The notes under the pieces: model-generated | What the model was told of the DNA's origin: nothing | Seen by the model: only the letters and a program-made list of their open reading frames with translations | Database searches by the model: none | Shown here: positions 21,430-32,754 of the stretch, piece after piece | Position numbering within the stretch: the first letter of the stretch is position 1 | How the letters are laid out: every line of letters begins with the position of its first letter | Made by a program: the position numbers and the translations under genes | Origin: Squalus acanthias | Taxonomy: Eukaryota | Length of the DNA stretch: 64,000 nucleotides | Direction of reading: 5' to 3' | Assembly: GCA_030390025.1 (NCBI GenBank) | Contig: CM059431.1 | Span: forward strand, 120,158,001-120,222,000

Positions 21430-23970
21430 CTATTCCCTTCTCTCATGCTCCTTCCCAACTTTTCGGGCAGCTATTGCTTTCTCCCGCAGCCTCTGGCTCT
21501 TTTTCACCCCCTGTTTGAACCTTCCCTGCAGTTTCAGCCTCTTCTTTACATTAGGTTTGGGCCAAGGAGCTGCCCCTTCTCCCTCCTTCTGCCCCTCACT
21601 AACCTTTCCCTTTCCATATGATGCCACCCCACCCCCACTTCCATGTCTCTGTCCCCCTCTGACTCCTCACTCTCGAGTTCTTCTGTAACCTCCCGTCCCT
21701 GCTTCCCATCAGATATATAGGCCGGGATCTTACCTGAAGAGGCGCGTTGGGGGCGGGACGGCTGCCTTTCGGGTTCTATTCCCGCCCCCAGCGACGTCCG
21801 ATGCACAGACGCTAATTTGCGTCAATTGGCCTTGTTAAGACCACACTGCGGGCTTGCCAGCCAATTAAGAGAAAGCCGGTGTCAGATGACGTCAGTTGAT
21901 GACGCGTCAGCTGCTGGTTTTCTTAAAGGGGCCACCACCATTTCTTTTTGACAGCTGCTTTTTTCAGTGTTTGACAGCATTGAGGTGCTGCAAACACTGA
22001 CAATCACTGTACAAAGGTGAGCCCTTGAATCCAGGCTCTCCAGTGACTCTCTCCTTAGGCTAAAATAGATGGCAGCTGCAGATGAGGTTACAGAAGCGAT
22101 CTGTCATTGGTGAGAGAGTTTCTCTCAATGAGGTGGGACTACACAAACAATTCAAAGCTTGTCGTGTACAGAAAATTCTAAACACATTAAAAATGACTTT
22201 CCCAACATTTTCTTACCTCTGCAACTCACCAGTGTCCCATTGGATCCTTCACACCACTTCTGAAGCTGTCATCTATACACAAACATTACAGTAGACCCAC
22301 AGCATGCCACACTTACCCTGGCGGGGTTTCCCGACGTCGCAGTAGAAGTGTCAAAATTGGAAAACACCTCTTAACTGCCTGTTAACTAGATGTTAACAAG
22401 CAGTTAAGTGGCTATAATCCTCTTCCCGCTGCTAGGAGTCAGGTCCCTGCGCAAATCGAGGACCCGACTGCCGGGAAGATTGATTGGAGGCGGGTTGGAA
22501 GTGGGTTCGGGACCCTCTGCCAATCTTTTTGATTTTGTCAGCAGTCCCGCCTCCAAACCCAACCCCTGAGCGCCGGGAAAATCGCCCCCATAATCTCCCT
22601 TAGACAGTCTTCCTGCTATCATGGTTTCTCCAACAGTGCCAATCCCTTCGGCCTCATCTCCACCGCTGACCCTTGCTCCCCGTTTCTTCTCTCTCTGGGA
22701 CAATGGCGCATCTGCACCTATCTTGCTCCCTTCTGGCATCTTTGTCTACCCACTCCCGTCCTGCTGTCCCTTTAAGGCTCCTGCCTCTTGCACCCTCTCC
22801 TTGTCTTGCCCCCTCCTGCTCCCCGAGATGTCCGACTCCCCGTCTTTCTTTGGAGTACTTACATTTACCCCGTATCCCGCTCCCGCCTCCTCTCCCTCCG
22901 CGGACACCAGATTCTTTAGGGAGAGCCGAGCCGTATTATGGTTCAACTCTGCCCTCGACCCGTGCTGCCCACTGCTGTCTTTGTCTTTTTCCACCGTATT
23001 TGGTGTGTTTTCCACCATTTCCATCCTGTTCTCTTCTCCGCAATTTTCTGCCTCTTCCTGCGCTCTTTTCTCCTTCCATTCACCAGCTGTGTCCTCCACC
23101 TGCTCCGCTTCTCCAGCCGCACCATTCACACCTCCTGCTCCTTCTACTTCTCCTTCTCCTATCTCCTCGTCACTCAAGGGGCTTCCTTCTGCCACACACT
23201 CATAGTGGGTGGGGCCTTTGTGAAACACCCCACAGCTCTCCGCCTTGCAGCTCCAAGCGATGTGTCCAGACTCACCGCAGTTAGAACAGTACAAGTCTGG
23301 ACAGCTTCTTACAAGATGGTCGTGTCCAAGGCAATAATAACAAACCTTCACCTGGTTATCATGCAGTACCCGGAAGTACTGCACCCCTTCCACTGTCTCA
23401 AATTTCATGCTATACGGCATTGACTTCACCCCCTCTGGGAACCGCACCTTTACATAACGGGTTCCATCTGCTACCCGCATTCCTGGATAGTATCTCCTCT
23501 TTATTGCTGAGCAAATTTTAATGTCCCACGACTCCAACCTTTTTATTAGCACATCGTCCTCAATATAAACCAGCAGGTTTAAGAACGAGACCATCACCTC
23601 TTCAGAGTATAGCAGAGATACCTCCAATAACTTATCTCCAACCTTCAAACTCATTAACAGTCTTTCCACCTCCTCTCAGCCACTGACCATCACCTCGAAC
23701 CCAACATTCGGCTTTGGTCGGCAGGCAAAGCAGCTTCCCTCGCCGCAGTCCTCATGTACCGCCTGGATAATATCCCAAGCTCGTATCTCCTTATCCTCGC
23801 ACTGAACCACCACTTTCCAAACTTCCTGGGGTCCCGGCCCAAATCTTTGGGCCTTTATTCCTCCCTTTCCCCAACATCTTCTCCCCTGATAAAATTTTTC
23901 CTGGGAACATTGTTCTCTGAGGGCCTGGCCCGGCACTCCGGGCCCTTGAGCAGCCAAATAGCTGCTGTGT
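21430..23970 (-). pseudogene. ORF1 nucleic-acid-binding protein with CCHC knuckles (Tx1-like); in-frame stops at 23676 and 22746, MITE insertion
   Basis: GTRYVKVRFP...PYSMKF...YFRVLHDNQVKVCYYCLGHDHLVRSC..CSNCGESGHIAWSC. ORF segments 23676-24023, 22746-23669 and 22404-22739 share one frame. The start position is approximate. Confidence 0.75.
21720..22591. mobile_element. Non-autonomous PIF/Harbinger-like MITE
   Basis: GC-rich ends GGCCGGGATCTTACC and GGGAAAATCGCCCC at a TA-rich site. Interrupts ORF1. Related to 53030-53690. Confidence 0.55.
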
Positions 23971-24334
23971 AAGGACCAAATAGGCCCTAAAACCTGCAAA
24001 AAAAAACAAAAACCCACCACCAACTTTTTACAAGCTCACTCCAACTCCCTGCAATAACCAAGCTCCCAGCACCACCTGCTCACTCCTCGCCCCTCCCACC
24101 TAGAGAGTGCTACCCACTGAGCCACGGCTGACAGTTTCTGCTCTGGCAATGTAATAAATAGGCTAACACCTCTAGTAGGATGAAGGAATTCCATTCAAAC
24201 CTATTAAAAAATGACATGTTGCACAGTCACACTTTGATAGGTAAGAATAGCTGAGCTGGTATTTTCAAGAAAACCATTATTAAAAGAAAATAATTGCTTT
24301 GGTATGTATTTCTATAATTAGATTCCATTCAGTT

Positions 24335-24595
24335 TTGGGCACCAAAACTCAGTAAAGATATTTTGGCCTTGGAAATCAGGAAGCACTTGTTCACACAGAG
24401 TGTAGTGGAAGTCTGCAACTCTCTCCCGCAAAAGGCTGGGTTAATTGAAATTCTCAAGACTGAGATCAATAGATTTTGTTATGTAAGGGTATCAAGGAAT
24501 GTGGAGCAAAGGTGCGTATTGGAGTTGAGGTGCAAATCAGTCCTGATCTAATTGAGGGGTTGAATGGTCTACTCCTGTTCCAGTGTTCCTATGTC
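24335..24595 (+). mobile_element. CR1 LINE 3' fragment
   Basis: RKHLFTQSVVEVCNSLPQKA remnant and tail GAATGGTCTACTCCTGTTCC. Confidence 0.7.
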
Positions 24596-27252
24596 TGCAT
24601 TAACTGCTTGTTATCTTCAACAGTGTGGCTTGAGGTCTAGGAAAACACTTTCCGCTCCTGCAATTGAATTTTGGTTCAGGCTCTGAGACAGAATAATAAC
24701 TGCAGCAAGATTTCATTTCAAACTCTGCCCCTTTTATAACCAATAGATCTCTCCTGTAAAAGTACTTCCATTACTTCATACTCTGGTCACTTTATGTAGC
24801 AGTATTGTAAAAGTATTTGTGAAGATTTTTTTTGTTATTTCTAACAAAATTGTAAACACGTTTGAAAGGAGTATGCTCCTAGTCTTGCTACAAATAGCAC
24901 GTGGAGAAAATCTTCATGAATGCATTTATGATGCCACTGGGGGTTATTTTCTGACTTTATGTCACAGCCAGGAATCGCTCTTGTTAACAATGAATATTGG
25001 AAATTTGAAAGCGCTGCCCCCAATTTTCCAGTACATGCTAGAGGCGTGCAATGCTCCTTGCTGCCGTGCAAACTTAGAAAATGACTCTGTAACAGATGCA
25101 GTTTTGTTTCTCTGTACTGTGACTGTGACTATTGAGGCCTGGGGCTCTAATTTCGAGGAGGCTTTTGGGCTCGAGAGGCTAGAGCATCAACGTGTAAGAA
25201 CCTTGCTGGCAGCACAGATGAGGCAATTGCCTCTAAAGGTGATGCTGATCTGTGCAACCGAGTATCCCCCAAAGATGACTGATACAGGTCAATTAAGCCT
25301 TTATGATTAAATGGTAATAGCAGTGAATAATGCAATAAATTAAATGACTTATCACACTGTTTCTTTGACACACTGAACTGCCACTGCAGCCTCCTTCTAC
25401 AATGTGCAGACAGGTCCCTGATCCCAACCCCAAACAGCCTATCTCTCATTCTGTATATTTCCACGGGCAGGACATCCAGATCAGGCTTTCTGAGTTGGCT
25501 GCTCTAATCTTGGATCTGGCTGTCATCAGTGCTTTCCAGATTTCTTGCTTCCTGCAGAGTTTCGACTCTTCCTTTAACCAGTTTTATATCCTGCTGCTGC
25601 ACATTTCACCACCTCTATTTACTGCCCTCTTTTCCCTGTTGTGGGTGTGCAGTGGACTAGCAGCATGTAGATGAAGCCCAGGAGTCAGAATACCTCAGGC
25701 CTCAAATTTCGGCCAGTGAGCAAGTTTTGGACTCGCCGCCCACCCAAAACCCGCTGAGGATTAAAATTGACTCTCTAGTTTTCCAGATTTTCAACATTTT
25801 CCAGATCTCCAGCATATCAGAGGCACTGCAGCCTATACTTACACAGCTTGCAGGCCTCTTCATAATCTGACTCCACAATTTAGGATCGGCTCAGGACCAG
25901 GGTATCATGGTGGGTAAAAGTTTCGCCCCCTGCCTTACTTCTGATAATATAATGGTGCCTTTGGAGTTTTGAGCACATGATCTTTAGAGAAGCTAAATAA
26001 GAGAGCACTTGCCCTTTTAATATATTTCTTTCTTTCTGTGTTTGCTGATTCTTGTTTCTAACATGAAGACGATACGACTGGAATGTTTGCGCCACATTAT
26101 AACACGTTGACTTTTTATATATTCAGCTGGTTATCAACTTAAGGGTCTATTGAATATTTCCTGTTGTAGATTGGTTCATTTTAAAATAAATAATATTTCA
26201 TTCATTCAAAATGAGTGGCATGTTATAGCTATCCTGCAGTTGGATTGAGAATAATTAAATACACAAATTTACTGTTCAACTTTATTTTGTACAAGAAACA
26301 AAACTATTTGAAAGCGCTGCCCCCAATTTTCCACCATTTTCTACAAAATTTGTGGAAAAAAGTTGCCCGTAATTTCCTGGAAAGTTTTGACATAGCTATG
26401 GTGTAAGAGCAGAGTTCTGCCATTGTTTTCTGAGGAAATACATGTGTAACTGATTTACATGGTGTTATGCCGAAACATCGCTATGCATGACTTTCATCAT
26501 TTGTATTGCTTCCGAGTTACTTTTGCCAAAACCCTAATTGACTCACACAAGTTTCCTGCATTTATGCCAGTACGGGCTCAAATTCACACTCAGAATTGTA
26601 GGCGGAGCAGGACCTGAAGTCACTATTTCTTGTGTTTTTGCAGTGATTTCTTTCAGCAATTTATTTTATTTCTCCTTACTGAGACCTGTACTGTATTTTC
26701 TATGACCGGAATATTCTCGCTGCCGGGCATGTGGGTTTGGAGGTGGATCGGCATTAAAAGTTGCAGAAATTGCAAGCGTGTCGAGAACCCGCCATCATCC
26801 CGCCGCCTCGTGCATTTAACTCGTGCGCGTTTCCTAGCCCACCAGGGACCTGAATGGCAGAGGCGAGCGACCTAATAGAAGTAATTAAGTGCTTGTTGTG
26901 AGACTCTTAACAGGGTTTTTAAACAGAGCTTTTGATTTTTACTGGATGACCACGGGAATCACGCAACTCGGGAACCACGTCTGTCAACGTGAGGCGGAAG
27001 CTCAATGGCCATTGTGCGAGGTCATTAATGTAGAGCATGAAAATCAAAATAAATACACCTATATGACAGCTGCTTACTTGCGTAAGGGAAAGGCTCTTGC
27101 TGACTCAATTTCATGCACAGATTTAGGTATCTAGAGTTTGCAAGTCTTTTCTGCAACCTCGGAAGCCACTCTCACCACATTGCTAGTAACTATCACAACA
27201 TTGACAGATTGGTCCTGTGATCTCTACTTGACCTGCCATCTATTACATCAGC

Positions 27253-28500
27253 ATGGGTACCACTTATACTGTCTCACCTTGGTCTTCAGAATCGAACCAA
27301 GATAAACCCCACCAGCAGCAGCAGGCACACCAACAGCAGCAGCAAAAACACCACCAACATTCTCCTCAACGACCTGGTGCTCCACAGGACAGAGGGCATC
27401 AACGCAGGGCTGCACCACGCTGGAGGCGATATCCCCAACACAGGATATACAGGCAGAGGATGGGCTTCCTCAACATGATTGAGCAGCAGTGCCAAAGGAG
27501 GCTCAGGCTATCATGCCAGGTCATTGCAGACATTTGCAGCTTACTGGCGCAAGACCTGCAGCCCAGTGGACCTGGTGGATACACCTTGACAGTGGCTGTC
27601 AAAGTCACCACTGCCCTCAACTTCTTTGCCTCAGGCTCCTTCCATGGATCTGCAGCAGACATTTGTGGCATCTTGCAGTTGGCTGCCCACAGATGCATCA
27701 CACAGGTGACCAATGCCATGTTTAACAAGTCAGCCAATTATGTCAACTTTGCCACTGATGAAGCCAGTGTTACTGAGCGGGCACTCAGCTTTGCAGCTCT
27801 GGCTGACTTCCCACAGGTGCAGGGCATCATCGACTGCACACAGGTGGCCATCAAGGCACCCCATCATCACCCAGGAGTGTTTGTGAACCGCAAGGGCTTC
27901 CACTCCCTCAGTGTGCAGCTGGTCTGCAACCATAGTAACATCATCATGCATGTGTGCATCAAATTCCCTGGCAGCTCTCATGACTCTTTCGTGCAGCACC
28001 AGTTCACCCTCCCTCAGCTCTTCGCACCGCCAAGCACACTTACCGGCTGGCTGCTTGGAGACAAGGGCTATCCACTGAAGACGTGGCTTATGACACCCTT
28101 GAAGAGGTCAAGCAATGAGGACAACGAGGAACATTATAATGAAAGCCACATATCCACCAGATGTATCATAGAGCAAACAATAGGCGCGCTCAAGATTCGC
28201 TTCAGATGACTTGACAGACCTGGAGGAGTCCTTCAGTATGCACCAGCCAGGGTCTCCAGAATTGTCGTCGTATGCTGCGCCCTGCACAACATAGCGCAGC
28301 AACGAGGATTAGCGCTGCATGAAGAACAAGGCACATAGCGCACAGTCTCTTCCGAGGAGCAGGAGGAGGAGGAGGAGTATCAGCTGGAAGATGAGGAGGA
28401 GGAGGAGCAGGAGGAACCTAAGGTCCAGATGGCACCAACAGCAGAGCACATTGCTGCCCAGGAGGCCAGGGATGACCTCATCATGGCCAGAATTACTTAA
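27253..28500 (+). pseudogene. Harbinger DDE transposase (HARBI1-like), premature stop at 28207-28209
   Basis: [55 protein letters not shown]; homology continues (CCALHNIA) past the stop. Confidence 0.9.
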
Positions 28501-28799
28501 ACTTCCTGCATTACACCCATATGGCTGCCACATGCTGTGCCAAGTTACCCCCCCAATAACACCATAAAGCATCCATACAATGACCAAGCCATTCCTCTCA
28601 CCGAAACCCTCCAGTGCTCGAGGTTACGTAATGTCTCACCATTCACTCCAACTCACAAAGCCACTTCCAAGGTAGCAGACAAATACGGGCGTGACCGGAA
28701 AGCGGTGAAATTGGATACTTTTATGTGTGGTAACAGTAATGGAACCCTAAAAATAACACTTCTTTATACACCCATGTGCATACCCATGTGCAAATAGGA

Positions 28800-30587
28800 T
28801 TGTGGCTTTTTTCTTTTACACGCGCTTCTACGAGGTGCAACCCCTGTGGCTTCAGCAGAGTAGAGGCAGGCTGCTCACTTCCCTGCTGTGACTGCGTAGA
28901 CACTTTGGGCGGATGTCCTCTGGGTTTTGGAGCCTGTGAGGGCCTCACCAAAGTCTGCTCCTCTTGCGACTGTGCAGACTAGGCCATCATGATCTGAAGA
29001 AGCATCTGGGGCTCTGACTGAGGGGGAGGCAACAGGGGGAGAAGTGGGGGTGCTTTGAGAGGAGCCCCCACTTCCATGTCCCCTCTCATCATCATCCCTC
29101 TCACGGGCCACCCGCACTTCCCTGCTAGCATGGAGCTGGAGAGCACCTGGCTGCACAACAGTGGGGCCATGAGGACACACGTCAACTTTTAGATCCCTCT
29201 CCATAGCTAGCATGTGCTCATGTGAGTGGCGCATTAGCTGCTCCATGCAGGTGGCCATCCTTTCCATGGAAGAGCATTTCATTGCCATTACCTGCGACAT
29301 AATGGTGCTCATGTTGGAGATGGACTCCTCCATTCTCTGCACATTTGCAGATATCGCAGCTGCAAAACCTGCCAGAGCTTCCTGCATTTCTTGCTGCCCC
29401 TCCATGATCACCCTCTTTCACGATGGCCCCCGAGACTCAGCGTCTGCATGCAGCTGAGCAGAGCATGAAGCGTCCCGTGCCCTCCAACGAGGAGTCTCCA
29501 ATGCTGTCCCTGTCAACAACATCTGCTCTTGCTCACTTGTGAAGTGTGAGACACCAGGTGACAACACTACTCTATCTCACATAGGACCCACCGAGGTGTG
29601 CGTATCTGCGCTGGTGCTGGGTGTATTTTTGTCTGCTGATGGTGCACCCTCAGAGAGTGGAGCTTCCTCTGAGGAGTTGTCTTCCTCCTCCGGCTGGACA
29701 GTGTGGGGGGCTCTTGATGGACCTGTGGGAGAGTAAAGAGATGATTTAGAAATTTTATATTGAGAATGGGTAACAATACCATTATGCACATGATGAACAT
29801 TCACTGGCTGCTGACAACAGTCACCAAATGAGTGACTGCAGTATGCCATGTGGCTGTATGAGATGTAATTCTGACACCAGGTTGCTGAAAGTTCCCCCTC
29901 TATCCGTCTCCCCCCGCCAGCAGCTCTGCAGCTCTCGACAGCTCCAGGGCCACCTCCTCTGCTGCAGTCAAAGTGCTGAAGGCTGGAGGGCCACCTCCGG
30001 TTCTTTCCCTCCCCCTCTTATTGTGGGCTCTCTTCTCCTGCAAGGAGGGAAAGAAGAGAAGTTTGAGTGAGAGTGATGGCATAAGTGTAAGGAGTGAATG
30101 GGTTACATCTGTAGAGGGTGACTATGAGGGAGTGTGGTGCCAATGCCAAATGGCCTTCTTCTTTTATGGTGTTAATTAGTATCATTACATTAGGATGAGG
30201 GTGAGTGTGAGGGGTGGCTAGTCAGATGGGGATGTGAGTATGTAGATAGAGAGAGGGGATGGGTGGATGTGCAAGGTATGCTGGTATGAGTAATGATGTG
30301 CAGGAGTAGGCTTGGGAAGGTAGATTGATGGGGATGTGGTGACAGGCACAGTAGGATGAAGGTAAGTGTGGCTTTGCACTCACCCTTCCTGATCTCATGA
30401 GATCATTGAATCTCTTTCTGCACTGTACCCAGGTCCTCCTGAGGACATCCCTGCTGTTCACCTCCTCAGCAATTTCAAGCCATGCCCCTTTTGTCTCTTG
30501 GGGACGTCTCTTCCGCCCATCAGCAGGGAATAGGACCTCCCTGCGTGCTCTGACGCCCTCTACAAGAATATGTAGTGAGTCATCCAA
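28800..30587 (-). pseudogene. Harbinger Myb/SANT-like DNA-binding protein, probably multi-exon
   Basis: W.EIAEEVN...RTWVQCRKRFNDL then a GT donor near 30383; the next segment EKRAHNKR..ERTGGGPP follows a polypyrimidine-CAG near 30040; further segments at about 29720-29420 and 29411-28875. Confidence 0.75.
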
Positions 30588-31004
30588 AAGTGGGGTACAG
30601 CCCTCTGTCTTTGTGAAGTCATTTTTATAACTCTCAGCAAGAGCCCACTCCTCAACAATACTCCCTCCACACTCCTACATGAACCTTCAAATGCGATGTG
30701 GCCAAGGCTGCTTTAAATATCCCCACTGGAAATGAGTCATCGATGAAGTCATCAGACCTGCACCATTTAATAGGGCTGCCAAACGCCCATGACTAGTTTA
30801 ATAGGGCCATTAACTGAAAGACGCAGTGGAGAACGCGCGATTCACGTCTTCGGGCTCCCGACCCGCTACACGGCCCGCACCCATGCAACCCGACTCCACG
30901 GTAAAAATTCCAGCCTATATCTTTGAATGCTTTTTATGGCATCAGAATCTGTTGTGGTAAAAAGAGAAAAGCTTCCACAGTTGCATTTTCTTAAACATAG
31001 CTGA

Positions 31005-31733
31005 GGTAGAGTTTCCGCTTTGGCCATAATTGGCAATCTGGGCGCAAATCGTGCTCGAAATTGCGCTAGTTTTCCGAAGTGAAGTTATGGTTCAAGTTTC
31101 CACTCAAACTTATTTGCATAATCACAAACGTAAAATCTTCCATGAACCAGGGCAGTGTTTTAGAAGGTAATTGTTTATTTTTTTCCTCTTGCATTAAAAA
31201 TATTTCTTGATATATTTAAGAGTGGTAACCTGTTCCAGTTTTATTAATACAGCTGGAATTAGGTTTATCACAAAATATAAGCATTTTTAATAAGAGTGTC
31301 TAGTCCACCACCTGTAAGTAACCCAATTTTAAAAAACTGAAAATGACTTTAAAACACTACACAGAACCATTTACTAGTTTCATTAGTGTACAGTAGGTAG
31401 TTTCTTAGTAAATTAAATATGTTTTAATATGTAACATTTTTAAAAGATGCCTACTCGTGCCTTTGCACCTAAAAACAAGCTAAATGTAATGACTCTCCTC
31501 AAAGGCCCGTATACCGGCGCAATCGGCGGAAACTCGCCATCATGATTCATTCAATCAGGGGGTGTGGCCAGTTTTGTGGGGGGTGGGGCCGGGTTCCAGC
31601 ACGATGTTTTTTTAAACTAGTGCAAAGGGTCGCGGAAACACAATTTGCGCTGAACGTAACTTGCGCTTGAAATTGCTCGAACCTTTACGCTGGTTTGGCG
31701 AATTTCGGGTGAACCAAGCAGAAACTTTACCCC
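31005..31733. mobile_element. MITE-like non-autonomous DNA transposon
   Basis: TIR-like GGTAGAGTTTC(C)GCTT and AAGCAGAAACTTTACCCC; a second diverged copy lies at 36649-37400. Confidence 0.65.
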
Positions 31734-32754
31734 GCTGTGCTTAATGAGCATAAATGATGGTTTAATGACTTCCAACTTTAATTTTCGTAACAGAGAGGGA
31801 ATTAAAGAAGGAAGATGGCATATGTTCCGCGCATTCCTTCAGCCCCGATTATTTACACTGATTTCTGTTTGTTTTATGCAGATTTATATGTTCCAGGAAA
31901 TTTCAGTGTAGGTTCCCATCGGCAAGATCTGTGTAAAAATAGGAGTAAATTTTGGTGTCACTTCAGCATTAGTGCGATCCAGGAGATTCCCGGCCATAGC
32001 CACGATTCATCATGTACCTTTGACATTTGCGTGCTCTGAAGACTGATGCTTCACATATATTGTATTTATATATATATATGTATATATATATCATCCCAGT
32101 GCTAATAAGTCCATGTGCTACATTCATCAATCTCAAATTGTTCTGCACATACTGAGCTCCCAGGCAAAAACTGGAGTTTACCTAACTTAGATACTCTCCA
32201 GTCCAAATCTTTTACAACTTGATCCTTGGATATATTTTCAGACTACAATTTATTTCGTGTGGGCGGAACATATCACCACAATCTCCATTTGGTCTCCAGG
32301 TCCACTAATAACTAGAATCATAGCATTTAAGTTTTTAATGTTTATACAAACTTCCACTACCAGCTCTCAAACCCTCACCTTCGCCTTAATTCATGCATGT
32401 CTTACCAGTCAAATTAACATTGCACAAAATAATATAGGTAATTGTAAAGATAGGCACTTTATTATGACAATATGTATAGGTGCAAATTCAATATTCTATA
32501 TTTTTAAAGAAAAATAGGGGCCAAAAATGCCCAGAGACCAAAGTAGATATAGTAAAACTTGTGTACTACTAGACAACCTATTGCATGCTGCACAATATTT
32601 CTAATAAATGCTTTAATTCTCTGAGAGCAATTTTATTTTTTTATCTAATAGAAAATGTCAGTCTACAACTACATTGTACGATTGAATACTCAAAATTACA
32701 TGAAGAAGAATAAACAGATCAAGACAAGAATTTATTGACCAGCCATATGCTAAC

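Larger units (their letters stand above)
21181..24103 (-). mobile_element. Tx1/L1-group non-LTR element carrying ORF1 only
   Basis: 15-bp TSD AGA(A/G)TGCTACCCACT at 21166-21180 and 24104-24118. A-rich 3' end with AATAAA on minus. No EN or RT sequence between ORF1 and the tail. Confidence 0.75.
26704..30915. mobile_element. PIF/Harbinger DNA transposon (two convergent genes, decayed)
   Basis: Transposase (+) and Myb/SANT-like gene (-). Imperfect TIRs GACCGGAATATT and AAAATTCCAGCC, both flanked by TAT. Confidence 0.8.

Noticed and set aside
27253..28209. Domesticated host HARBI1 gene
   Set aside because: Premature stop, TIR-like ends and an adjacent Myb gene indicate a transposon copy.
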